Assembly (NCBI GenBank): GCA_965207225.1
Contig: CBDBLV010000001.1
Coordinates: 64,001 to 128,000, forward strand
DNA from: Dehalococcoidia bacterium
GTDB lineage: Bacteria; Chloroflexota; Dehalococcoidia; Plut-88900
Direction of reading: 5' to 3'
Length of the DNA stretch: 64,000 bases
The notes under the pieces were generated by a model that did not search any database, was not told the origin of the DNA, and saw nothing but the letters and a program-made list of their open reading frames with translations. This document shows, one piece after another, positions 32,699 through 41,721 of the stretch. A program made the translations under genes and the position numbers. The stretch's first letter is position 1, and each line of letters starts with the position of its first letter.

Positions 32699-33181
32699 TT
32701 GCAGGAATCTGAGTTGCCCCGAGGCAAGATCGAACTAACGCTAGGAAACACGAGATTCTCAGCCGAAGGAGAACAAGAGTGGCTAGATCAGCAATTGAGA
32801 ATGTTTATCGATAGATTCGGCAATTCGAATGACAGCAGTTCAGACAACACTGCTCCACCCCATTCCATGGCGAAGCAAGAGGGAATGTCATTTGCCGAGT
32901 CGCTCGCAAGTTATCTCCGCAAAAAGGGTGCTGAAGCGGTGCAGGTTCAACGATTCTTGGCTACTGCAGGATGGCTCTATCATCGTGGTGATAGATCTTT
33001 AACAACCAAAGCAATATCCAAGGCCCTTCAAGAGCATCAACAAAAAAGGCTGAGCAATCCGGCAGACTGCCTCAACCAAAATGTTGGAAGGGGGTTTTGC
33101 GAAAAGACCCCTTCAGGATTTTTCATAACGCCAGATGGCTGGACGCAACTTGGTGAAGAGGTGCCTGGTGCCTCCGCATAA
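32699..33181 (+). CDS. Hypothetical protein with probable C-terminal winged helix
   Basis: Lower-GC ORF, TTG after GGGAG; ends LSNPADCLNQNVGRGFCEK...FFITPDG, a wHTH-like wing. Confidence 0.65.
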   Translation: MQESELPRGKIELTLGNTRFSAEGEQEWLDQQLRMFIDRFGNSNDSSSDNTAPPHSMAKQEGMSFAESLASYLRKKGAEAVQVQRFLATAGWLYHRGDRSLTTKAISKALQEHQQKRLSNPADCLNQNVGRGFCEKTPSGFFITPDGWTQLGEEVPGASA

Positions 33182-33938
33182 TCTGCTTGGATCATTGCCC
33201 GAAGATCTTAGGACACCACTATTGGAGGAATATCAAAGTATTATTCAATCCTATTCAGAGAACAGGTGGTTGCCATCTGAGTTAAGTGGTGGGAGATTCT
33301 GTGAGATTGTATTCACAATTGTCGAGGGATATGCAACTAGTAAGTATGCCATTAGTCCCGAAAAACCTCAGGACTTTGTTGCTGCTTGCCGTTCATTAGA
33401 GAAGAATACTCACGTCCCTCGTAGCTTTCAGATTCTGATCCCAAGACTCCTCTCCGCTCTGTTTGAGGTGCGAAACAATAGAGGAGTTGGTCATGTGGGT
33501 GGTGATGTCGACCCTAACTATACAGATGCAACCTTCGTAGTGACCAGTTGCAGTTGGGTGATGGGTGAACTAATTCGGGTATTTCACAATGTTTCAATTG
33601 AAGAGGCCCAGTCTTCGGTTGATAGTCTCGCTCAACGACGTATCCCGCTCATATGGGAAGGCCACGATACCCGTCGAGTCTTGCAACCCAATCTGCTTAT
33701 CCGTTCTCAGATTTTATTGTTACTGGCTACATCAAAGGGTTCTGTAAATACTTGTGACTTATTGAATTGGATTGAATGTAAGAATGTCCGTTACTTCAAG
33801 ACTCTATTGCGCAATATGCACAGTCAACGTCTAGTCGAACTTTACGATGACGGCAAGCATGTAGAGATACTACCTCCTGGTAGGAAAGAAGCTAGCGAAA
33901 TCATTCGCGATAGGACTGCCCAGTTACAAACTGCCTAG
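33168..33938 (+). CDS. Hypothetical protein with HEPN-like Rx6H motif and C-terminal wHTH-like region
   Basis: GGRFCE and RNNRGVGH motifs; GTG 33168 after GAGG overlaps the upstream stop (ORF open from 33135). Confidence 0.65.
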   Translation: MPPHNLLGSLPEDLRTPLLEEYQSIIQSYSENRWLPSELSGGRFCEIVFTIVEGYATSKYAISPEKPQDFVAACRSLEKNTHVPRSFQILIPRLLSALFEVRNNRGVGHVGGDVDPNYTDATFVVTSCSWVMGELIRVFHNVSIEEAQSSVDSLAQRRIPLIWEGHDTRRVLQPNLLIRSQILLLLATSKGSVNTCDLLNWIECKNVRYFKTLLRNMHSQRLVELYDDGKHVEILPPGRKEASEIIRDRTAQLQTA

Positions 33939-34064
33939 AGCCCTTCATCTGCCCTTTCGAATTGAGGCGAGTGTCGGCGTCTTAATGGGAGGTAGGAGAG
34001 CCTTGTATACCATGATTCAAAGGCCCCCACGTGACATCCGTCCCGCCCACCATTCTACCAACCT

Positions 34065-35219
34065 ATGACTAACCCAATCAAAACCCTCCCCCTCCTCATC
34101 CTCCCCCTAATCCTCATAATCGCCGCCTGCGGCGGTGAACCAGACACCTTCCGTATCGGCGTCATGGAGTCCCTCACCGGCGCCGGCGAGACCTATGGCA
34201 CCGTCGCCCACCAGTCCAAGCAGATGGCCCTCGACGAGATTAACGCCGCCGGCGGCATCAACGGCCGCATGCTGGAGTTCGTCGTCGAGGACTCCAAGTG
34301 CAACGCCGCCGACGCCATCACCGCCTACAACAAGCTCACCAACGTCGACGGCGTCAAGATCATCCTCGGCACCTCCTGCAGCAGCGCTATGCTCGGTGTT
34401 GCACCCCTCGCCGAGGCCGACGGCGTGGTCCTCTTCTCCGGCCTCGCCAGCAACCCCGACATCGCCCACGCTGGCGACTACATCTTCCGCACCCAGATCA
34501 GCGACATCGAGGTTGGCATCAACACCGGCAACACCCTCTGGGCCGACGGCATACGTCGCCTCGCCACCATCACCGAGGAGACCGACTACGCCGAGGGCGT
34601 CCGGCGCACCTCCGTTGAGCAGTTCGAGAAGAACGGTGGCCAGGTCGTCGCCTCCGAACGTTACGCCACCGATGTCACCGACTTCCGCACCCAACTCACC
34701 AAGCTCTTCGCCGCAAACCCCGACGCCCTACACATCGCTCCCCAGTCCGAGTTCGCTGCCGGGGCCATCATCAAGCAGGCCCGGGAGCTTGGCTACGAAG
34801 GCCCCATCTACGGTGAGACAGTGTCCGTCGGGACCACCGCCCAGGACATCGCCGGGGACGCCGCCACCGGCATGAAGGCCATCACCGCCGCCCCGGACCC
34901 CACCAACGCCAAGTCCCAGGAAGTCCTCGCCAACTTCCGGGAGCGCTACGAGTACATCACCCTACCCTGGCACCTCGGCTCCGCCTACGACAACGTCTAC
35001 ATAGCCGCCGAGTGCCTCAGGCAGACCGCCGACGACCAAGACGCCGATGGCTTCCGCGACTGCCTCTATGGCATCACCTGGAGCGGCGCCCTCGGCGACA
35101 ACTACAGCTTCGACGAAAACGGCGAGGTTGTCGGGCTATCCAGGGCCGTCGTCGAAGTCCTCCCCCCCGACCAAAGGACACCCGAGAACTTCGGCTACCA
35201 GGTCCTGACCGGCAACTAG
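34065..35219 (+). CDS. Branched-chain amino acid-type ABC substrate-binding lipoprotein
   Basis: Lipobox IAAC, SLTG..YG, EINAAGGINGR, EDSKC, TDFRTQLTK. Confidence 0.9.
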   Translation: MTNPIKTLPLLILPLILIIAACGGEPDTFRIGVMESLTGAGETYGTVAHQSKQMALDEINAAGGINGRMLEFVVEDSKCNAADAITAYNKLTNVDGVKIILGTSCSSAMLGVAPLAEADGVVLFSGLASNPDIAHAGDYIFRTQISDIEVGINTGNTLWADGIRRLATITEETDYAEGVRRTSVEQFEKNGGQVVASERYATDVTDFRTQLTKLFAANPDALHIAPQSEFAAGAIIKQARELGYEGPIYGETVSVGTTAQDIAGDAATGMKAITAAPDPTNAKSQEVLANFRERYEYITLPWHLGSAYDNVYIAAECLRQTADDQDADGFRDCLYGITWSGALGDNYSFDENGEVVGLSRAVVEVLPPDQRTPENFGYQVLTGN

Positions 35220-35323
35220 CACATGCGGATTCGATGCGATATTCCTCCTCTACGAAACACATTACCGATGAATACAATTAACGTGACCACGCATAAGGCA
35301 ATGCCGGTCAAGGGTCTAGTGCC

Positions 35324-35548
35324 GTGAAGACCATCGAAACCGCCGACTTCAAGGACCAATGCCTAGCCCTGCTGGACAAACTGGATGCCGAAGGCTTGGT
35401 CATCACCAAAAACGGCATACCCGTGGCCCGGGTGCTTCCGTTTGAAGGCCCCCATGCACACCTTATCGGTAGCATGCGCCACAAAGTGACGGTAAAGGGA
35501 GACCTGTTATCCACTGGCGTCCCTTGGAATGCCAGCTCTCAACCGTGA
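35324..35548 (+). CDS. Phd/YefM-family antitoxin-like protein
   Basis: FKDQCLALLD...VITKNGIPVARVLP, homologous to 59341-59622. Confidence 0.8.
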   Translation: MKTIETADFKDQCLALLDKLDAEGLVITKNGIPVARVLPFEGPHAHLIGSMRHKVTVKGDLLSTGVPWNASSQP

Positions 35549-36321
35549 CACCCGATTCCCGCAGACCAGCTCGTAGCTGTGCTTCCCGTCCCACAAGGAC
35601 CCGCGACCGGGTCTCCTTCGAAGGCACGACCATCGAGTACCGCGTCCGCCGTAGCCCTCGACGCAAGAAGACCATCGAGTTCTCCCTCACCCCTGACGGC
35701 CTCCTGGTCTCCGCCCCGGCTCGTGCTTCCTACGCCCTGATCCGCTCGGTCGTCCTTGATAGGGCGCCGAAACTTATCAAACTCCTGGCCGAATCACCTA
35801 ACGGCGGCCAACCCCTGGCCCTCGTCACCGGCGACGTTCTCCCCTATTTAGGTCGTAGCTACCCCCTGGTGGTGGAACCTGCCCAAATCGCCAGGCCCAA
35901 GATCGAACTGCACGCCGAGACCTTTCAAGTCTCCGTGCCCCCCGCCCTCGATGATGAAGAGCGTCGCGTCGTCCTACGCAAAGTCTTCGAGGCCTGGTAT
36001 CGCGCCCGGGCCCAGGACCACATCCCCCCTCTTGTCGACCAATGGTGGTCCCGCATGGGCCTCAGGAAGAAGTATCGGGTCATGGTCAGGACTCAGCGCA
36101 GCCAGTGGGGCAGCTGCGCCCCGGACGGGACCCTCCGTTTCAGCTGGCGCAATATGATGCTCCCCCCCGACGTTATCGAATACATCGTGGTCCACGAGCT
36201 GGCCCATCTGTCCGTGATGGGCCACTCCCCCGATTTCTGGGAGGTCGTAGCCCGGGCCCTCCCCGATGTCAAGCACCGCCGCAAGCTCCTCCGCGAAGCC
36301 GGCGCCTCCCTTCCCCTATGA
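35545..36321 (+). CDS. YgjP/DUF45 (M48-like) zinc-dependent hydrolase
   Basis: RRSPRRKKT, PYLG, QWGSC, YIVVHELAHL, HSPDFW; GTGA overlap with the antitoxin stop. Confidence 0.88.
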   Translation: MTPDSRRPARSCASRPTRTRDRVSFEGTTIEYRVRRSPRRKKTIEFSLTPDGLLVSAPARASYALIRSVVLDRAPKLIKLLAESPNGGQPLALVTGDVLPYLGRSYPLVVEPAQIARPKIELHAETFQVSVPPALDDEERRVVLRKVFEAWYRARAQDHIPPLVDQWWSRMGLRKKYRVMVRTQRSQWGSCAPDGTLRFSWRNMMLPPDVIEYIVVHELAHLSVMGHSPDFWEVVARALPDVKHRRKLLREAGASLPL

Positions 36322-36370
36322 ACCTCCCCGTCGGCCCCTCCTCCGGCGCTATGGCATAATCTAAACAGCC

Positions 36371-37558
36371 ATGCTGCCGTTACGCCTCCCATTCCCACCC
36401 CCAACCCTGCTGGCGTTGGCCCTCCTTTTCAGCCTGCTGGCAGCATGTAGCTCAGACCCGACTCCCACCCCACCCCCAACCCCCACCTCTGCTCCAGCGC
36501 CAACCTCAACACCTGGCCCACTCCCCACCTCAACCCTTTCACCCGAGCCGTCGCCCATCCCCACCCCTACCCCCTGGCCCGACGGCATAGTGCAGCTCCC
36601 CCACGATGAGGGCATCCACGCCGCACCCCTGGAATGGTGGTACTTCAACGGCCACATTGCCGCGAAGGACGGCAAAGAGTTCAGTTTTCACTTCGTGACC
36701 TTTCAGTCAGTTCTCGAAGATGGCTTTACCCCTCGCATTGCGCATCTTTCCTGGGCCGACCACGAAAAGGGCCTCCACCTCGCCGCAGAGCAGCCCGACC
36801 TCCCCATCCTCGAAACCACCTCCGGCGAGTTCGACATCACCATAGCCGGCTGGCACATGAGCGGCGACGGTCAGGCCTACCAGCTCTCCTTCCAGGTCGG
36901 CGACTACGCCGTGGAGCTTGAAGCTGACGCCCGTAAACCCGCCGTCCTCCACGATGACACCGGCTTCGTCGACCTTAGTGTGGCTGGCAAGACCTTCTAC
37001 TACTCCCGAACCGACCTCGAGACCACCGGTACGGTCTCCATCTCCGGCGACTCCCTTCCCGTCACCGGCACCACATGGTTCGACCACCAGTGGGGCAACT
37101 TCAGCATCGCACCTATAGGCTGGGACTGGCTCAGCCTCAATTTGGATGACGGCTCCGACCTCATGGTCTCGGTCGTCTGGGACCAGGAAGACCGGTCGCA
37201 TATCGCCACTTACGGCACCTACGTCCCCCCCGACTCCGACCCAGTACACCTCCCCGCCCCCGACGTCTCCCTCGAACCCACTGGTTCCTGGACAAGCCCC
37301 GACACCGGCGGCGAATACCCCATGGGCTGGAAACTCAACGTCGACTCCCTTGGCCTTGCTCTTATCCTGGCCCCCGTGATAGAGCGCTCCGAATTCAACA
37401 TCAGCCAGTTCATTCCCGTAATCTACTGGGAGGGTGCCGTTTCGGCATCGGGCGCCAGAGAGGGCTCTCCCGTGTCCGGCAAAGGCTTCGTCGAGATGGT
37501 CGGCTATGTACCCTCGGTGCCCATAGCCCCGCCCCCAACCCCCACCCCCGAGTCCTAG
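36371..37558 (+). CDS. AttH/CrtC-like lipocalin-fold lipoprotein
   Basis: Lipobox LAAC, PT linker, EWWYFNG, YYSRT, WFDHQWG, GWDW, YWEG..GFVEMVGY. Confidence 0.85.
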   Translation: MLPLRLPFPPPTLLALALLFSLLAACSSDPTPTPPPTPTSAPAPTSTPGPLPTSTLSPEPSPIPTPTPWPDGIVQLPHDEGIHAAPLEWWYFNGHIAAKDGKEFSFHFVTFQSVLEDGFTPRIAHLSWADHEKGLHLAAEQPDLPILETTSGEFDITIAGWHMSGDGQAYQLSFQVGDYAVELEADARKPAVLHDDTGFVDLSVAGKTFYYSRTDLETTGTVSISGDSLPVTGTTWFDHQWGNFSIAPIGWDWLSLNLDDGSDLMVSVVWDQEDRSHIATYGTYVPPDSDPVHLPAPDVSLEPTGSWTSPDTGGEYPMGWKLNVDSLGLALILAPVIERSEFNISQFIPVIYWEGAVSASGAREGSPVSGKGFVEMVGYVPSVPIAPPPTPTPES

Positions 37559-37627
37559 CTGCACTCTAGCCGTCCGGCCCTATACCCTGTATCCTTCCGA
37601 CCTAACTCGTCCACGGGGGATGCGGCA

Positions 37628-40174
37628 ATGCACAATGAGCTAACGATGAATGAAGCAAATTCACCCTCGTCCCGACTCCGTGCTCTGGCCATCGCGGGCG
37701 CTATTGCTGCCCTCATTGCCGTCGCACTTATCGGCGTTGCCCTCATCGCTTCAGGCCCCGACACCCTCCTTGCCCAGCAAGACCCTGATTGCCTCGTCAC
37801 CGACCTCGGGACTCTGACGTCAGACACTGAGCTGCAGGCCAGCGGACGCTGGACCACCGATGACTGCGACTCGCGTTTTCGCACCGATAGCGATGCTCAT
37901 ACCTTCCGCTTTGAAGTCACGGAAGCCGGCAGAGTCCGCATCAATCTCAACTCCGCGGACGCAGATTCATTCCTTTATCTCATGACCGAAGACGGCGTCC
38001 GCATAACTGAAAACGACGACGGAGGGGCAGGCGTCGACGCCCGTATTGAGCGCACTCTCGCCCCGGGCATTTACCTCGTTGAAGCAACCACCGTCGGGGG
38101 CCGCGCCCGCGGCCCTGCCAACTTCTCCCTCTCCGTCAGCTACGTCGAAGGCTGTGACATCATCGACTTGGGAGCCCTACTCTCGGGCGCCGACCTCACC
38201 GCCTCCGGCTCCTGGAACATCGACACCTGTGGCTCCCGCTTCGTCGAGGCCCACCCGGCCTACGGATACTCCTTCACCCTCCCCCAGGCCGGCACAGTGC
38301 GCGTCGACCTCGAGTCCGAGGAAGGCGACCCCGTCCTATCCATGGCTTCGGCCACCGGGAATGTCATTGGCGCCAACGACGATGGCGGCGGCGGCCGGAA
38401 CGCCCGCATTGAACAATTCCTGCAGCCCGGGGTATATCTGATTGAGGCTACGACCTACCTGGAGCGCGACCTTCAGCCCCTGTCCGCAGATTTTAACCTG
38501 ACCATCCACCTCGTCTCCGAGGAGGAAAAACAGGGTAGGGTGCTCATCAAGGTCGAGGCCACCGGCGTGCCCGAACAAGCGATAGCGGGGGAGCCTCTCA
38601 CCGTTAACTATCGCGTCGGCAACCTGGGCGGCGGTAACTTGGCCGATGTTGGCGGAAACGCCATCGTCTACGTCGTCGGGCCCCGGGTCTTTGAAAGGAC
38701 CGACGCAATTGATGCTTCCGAGGACATCTGGCAGGCCGGTGGGTCTCATCATTCCAGCGAGGATCTGGCCACTGCTGCTAGCACCTCCATCGAAGAATTG
38801 ACCCCCCTGGAGGTGACTTTCCGCGAATCCGGGCCATCCTGGGTATTCGTCGCAGTCATCGCCGACGATGAGGATGAGAACGAGGTAAGCTGGCACGGCG
38901 TCTGGCACAATCTCATGGTCCTCAGCGGGCCGACCTTTGACTCGGTCCCGGTGAGGGTGGGCAGTTCTATTTACGAAGTCTCTGCAGCGGCAGATGAGGA
39001 GGGAGAGGTCGCCAACTCTGTAACTCCCGTATCCAACCCTGGTGCCGAAGTGGATGAGGACACCGAGGCCAAGGCGGTCTACGCCGCGGGAGTTCGAATG
39101 CGGATGCTGGACGGTATCTTCGAACGAGAGGCCATCTCCGAATTGTCGGTTGGCTTTGCCCGGAAGATGTTGACCCTGGAGGGTCCATCGTCCGATTCTC
39201 TACTCAAGGCATTCACTGAGCAATACACTGCCGCCATTGCCGATTCCGGCCTGAACGAGGGTTTTGCCGCTGGCGAGGCTATCAACCCCGCCATGATCGA
39301 AGAAATGCTTATCGACTCAGCGGACTTGGCATCTGCCCATTATTCCTCCATGGCCTCTTACTGGATGTCTCATCAGATATGGGCTGAGCATGGCAGGGCG
39401 CTCCTGTTCACGGAGGCGATTACCCTTCATTCCCACCTTAACTACGCCGAGGCTGCGATCGCACCCACGGTCAAAGCCGGTCAGATAGTGCGTGCCGCCC
39501 GTGACGCGCAGCTCGGGTGGGAAGCCCCTGATGTCCAGGAAATGTTTGAAGAACTTGACGGGCAGGCAACCTGCGGCAGTACGAAGAACGCCCTGCGCAG
39601 CGCCCTACATGCTGCGGGGGTGGAGGACGTTGACGGAATGCTGGACCTCGACGCAGAAATGCGCTCCGTCCTACCTGTATTCGGCCTGACCATCGACAGT
39701 GTGCTTTGTTCCATGGATGCTGTTGACAATGACATCTCGGGTTTCTTAAGGCTGTTCTCAATAGCCGGCAACGATGCACTGCAGGAATTGCTGTTCCCAG
39801 AGCCACCAGCCACAGCTACTCCACACCAGTTGCGTATCATTGCCCGACTAGGCGCTGACGGCCGGATAGAACACGGCGTCGAGACATCCGGCGGCGAGCA
39901 GGTGCTGCCCGACGCCAGACACATGCCAGCCGACGCTACTGTCGGCCAGTGGCTGCTCAGCAGTGACGTAGAGATAGAGGATACCCTGATAGGCCAGATT
40001 CGCACCCGACGCCTCTCCGACGGTCGTGTCGAAATAAGTTTCCTCGCCGCCACCGGCCAGATCATCACCCCCGACATCCGTTTCCTGGCCTCGGACATCC
40101 CAACCGGTGTCTGGCTTCGCACCAGCGAGATAGAAGTCCCGCGAGTGACCGAAAGTATGGGCCAACTGGAATAG
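37628..40174 (+). CDS. Large secreted protein with two PPC-like beta-sandwich repeats
   Basis: N-terminal signal/TM; repeated 'RINL.S..D..L...NDDGG.G.(D/N)ARIE..L.PG.YL.EATT'. Confidence 0.7.
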   Translation: MHNELTMNEANSPSSRLRALAIAGAIAALIAVALIGVALIASGPDTLLAQQDPDCLVTDLGTLTSDTELQASGRWTTDDCDSRFRTDSDAHTFRFEVTEAGRVRINLNSADADSFLYLMTEDGVRITENDDGGAGVDARIERTLAPGIYLVEATTVGGRARGPANFSLSVSYVEGCDIIDLGALLSGADLTASGSWNIDTCGSRFVEAHPAYGYSFTLPQAGTVRVDLESEEGDPVLSMASATGNVIGANDDGGGGRNARIEQFLQPGVYLIEATTYLERDLQPLSADFNLTIHLVSEEEKQGRVLIKVEATGVPEQAIAGEPLTVNYRVGNLGGGNLADVGGNAIVYVVGPRVFERTDAIDASEDIWQAGGSHHSSEDLATAASTSIEELTPLEVTFRESGPSWVFVAVIADDEDENEVSWHGVWHNLMVLSGPTFDSVPVRVGSSIYEVSAAADEEGEVANSVTPVSNPGAEVDEDTEAKAVYAAGVRMRMLDGIFEREAISELSVGFARKMLTLEGPSSDSLLKAFTEQYTAAIADSGLNEGFAAGEAINPAMIEEMLIDSADLASAHYSSMASYWMSHQIWAEHGRALLFTEAITLHSHLNYAEAAIAPTVKAGQIVRAARDAQLGWEAPDVQEMFEELDGQATCGSTKNALRSALHAAGVEDVDGMLDLDAEMRSVLPVFGLTIDSVLCSMDAVDNDISGFLRLFSIAGNDALQELLFPEPPATATPHQLRIIARLGADGRIEHGVETSGGEQVLPDARHMPADATVGQWLLSSDVEIEDTLIGQIRTRRLSDGRVEISFLAATGQIITPDIRFLASDIPTGVWLRTSEIEVPRVTESMGQLE

Positions 40175-40212
40175 CCGGGAGTCCAAGCCCAAATAGTCCT
40201 GCCGCCAAAAGC

Positions 40213-40246
40213 AAAGCCACCGGGGGAGGATCCCCCGGCGGCTTTC
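40213..40246. terminator. Bidirectional terminator between convergent genes
   Basis: AAAGCCACCGGGGGA-GGA-TCCCCCGGCGGCTTT. Confidence 0.7.
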
Positions 40247-40277
40247 TCACTTCTAAGCAGGTTTGGAAAGCTGCCCT

Positions 40278-40940
40278 CTATGCGCTCGGGTCTTTCACCG
40301 TCCGCAGGTAGGGCTTCACCGTTTCCCAGCCGTCTGGGAAGAGCTCCTTGGCCGCATCGTTGTTCACCGCGGGAACTATTATCACGTCCTCACCCTGGTT
40401 CCAGTTGGCCGGCGTCGCAACCTTGTGATTCGCCGTCAGCTGGCAGGAGTCGATGACCCGAAGTAGCTCGTCGAAGTTCCGACCCGTGCTCATCGGGTAG
40501 GTCAGGCTCATCTTAATCTTCTTGTCCGGCCCGACCAGGAACACCGTTCGGACCGTGGCGTTGGTGGCCGCCGTCCTGCCCTCGGAAGAGTCCCCTTCGT
40601 CCGCAGGCAGCATGTCGTAGAGCTTGGCTACCTTCAGGTCCTCGTCGGCGATGATGGGGAAATTCAGCGCTGTCCCGGCCAGGTCTTCTATGTCTGATGC
40701 CCAACGCTGGTGGTCTTCCACTTTGTCGACGCTCAGGCCCATGACCTTGCAGCCGCGTTTCTCGAACTCGCCCTTCACGCTTGCCACGTGGCCCAGCTCG
40801 GTCGCACAGACCGGCGTAAAGTCCTTTGGATGCGAAAAGAGCATTGCCCAGCCGTCGCCGATCCACTCGTGAAAGTTGACCGTGCCTTCACTGGTCTTTG
40901 CCGTAAAGTCCGGGGCCGTATCGTTGATGCGAAGTGCCAT
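40278..40940 (-). CDS. 1-Cys peroxiredoxin (Prx6)
   Basis: FSHPKDFTPVCATE, YPMSTGRNFDE, VATPANW. Confidence 0.95.
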   Translation of the reverse strand: MALRINDTAPDFTAKTSEGTVNFHEWIGDGWAMLFSHPKDFTPVCATELGHVASVKGEFEKRGCKVMGLSVDKVEDHQRWASDIEDLAGTALNFPIIADEDLKVAKLYDMLPADEGDSSEGRTAATNATVRTVFLVGPDKKIKMSLTYPMSTGRNFDELLRVIDSCQLTANHKVATPANWNQGEDVIIVPAVNNDAAKELFPDGWETVKPYLRTVKDPSA

Positions 40941-41088
40941 AATTTCCCCCTCTCTTTCAAATTTCAGTTGATGGCGCTCTCCCGCCTCAACCGCTTGGGT
41001 CAGCTATGCGACTCGCGTCCGAAACTTTAACAGAACTTACCCGCAAGGGATAGGCCGCTGCGATAGAGGCCCCCAACCCCCGCTTCAG

Positions 41089-41559
41089 CTATCCGCTCTC
41101 TGACTTCGCGTCCTTTGTCGAGGCGTCGGCCCACATGTGGCAACCCGTCACACCCATGGTTATCGGCAGCAGAGTGTCCACCACTGCCCATATCACCCAC
41201 CTCTGGTGGTTGCCGCTAGCATCGGGACCGCCCAGGTTGTCCGCTCCCAACCCCAGCAGTGCAAACCAGTTGTGCAGGAACAGTATTGTAATGCCGGCAG
41301 TGAGGTAGAAGAGCAGGTTGACCTCCAGGTATCTCCGGCTCACCGGCTCCCCCGCATCCCGTCCCCCCTCCCGACGCTTCCTGTCGTAGTTGAACAGCAG
41401 GGCAAAGCCCAGCGCTATCACCATCAGGATGTCCAGGATCTCCCAGACGCTCAGCGAATCGAAGTCGTCGGGCAGGAATCCACCGATAATGAAATATACG
41501 GCGACTGCTACCGCCAAACCGACTAGGTACACCGCGACCAGTTTCTTTATTGCTTCCAT
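41089..41559 (-). CDS. Membrane protein (about 4 TM)
   Basis: Four hydrophobic segments; GGAGG RBS. Confidence 0.7.
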   Translation of the reverse strand: MEAIKKLVAVYLVGLAVAVAVYFIIGGFLPDDFDSLSVWEILDILMVIALGFALLFNYDRKRREGGRDAGEPVSRRYLEVNLLFYLTAGITILFLHNWFALLGLGADNLGGPDASGNHQRWVIWAVVDTLLPITMGVTGCHMWADASTKDAKSESG

Positions 41560-41721
41560 GAGCCCTCCATTCCCCGTTTCTCGACCGATCTCCTCACACT
41601 ATAGCGGCATCTTTGCCGTTCTCCCACCCCCATAGCGCCTTTCCTCAGCGGGGCTACTGTTCAGGCATGATAGAATCTGATACATCTTGATGATAGTCGC
41701 GGTCGCCACCGAAACGGCAAG

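Noticed and set aside
32510-34060. Prophage or integrative element at the tRNA
   Set aside because: No integrase or phage genes; the att-like echo is only 11 of 12 bp and may be chance
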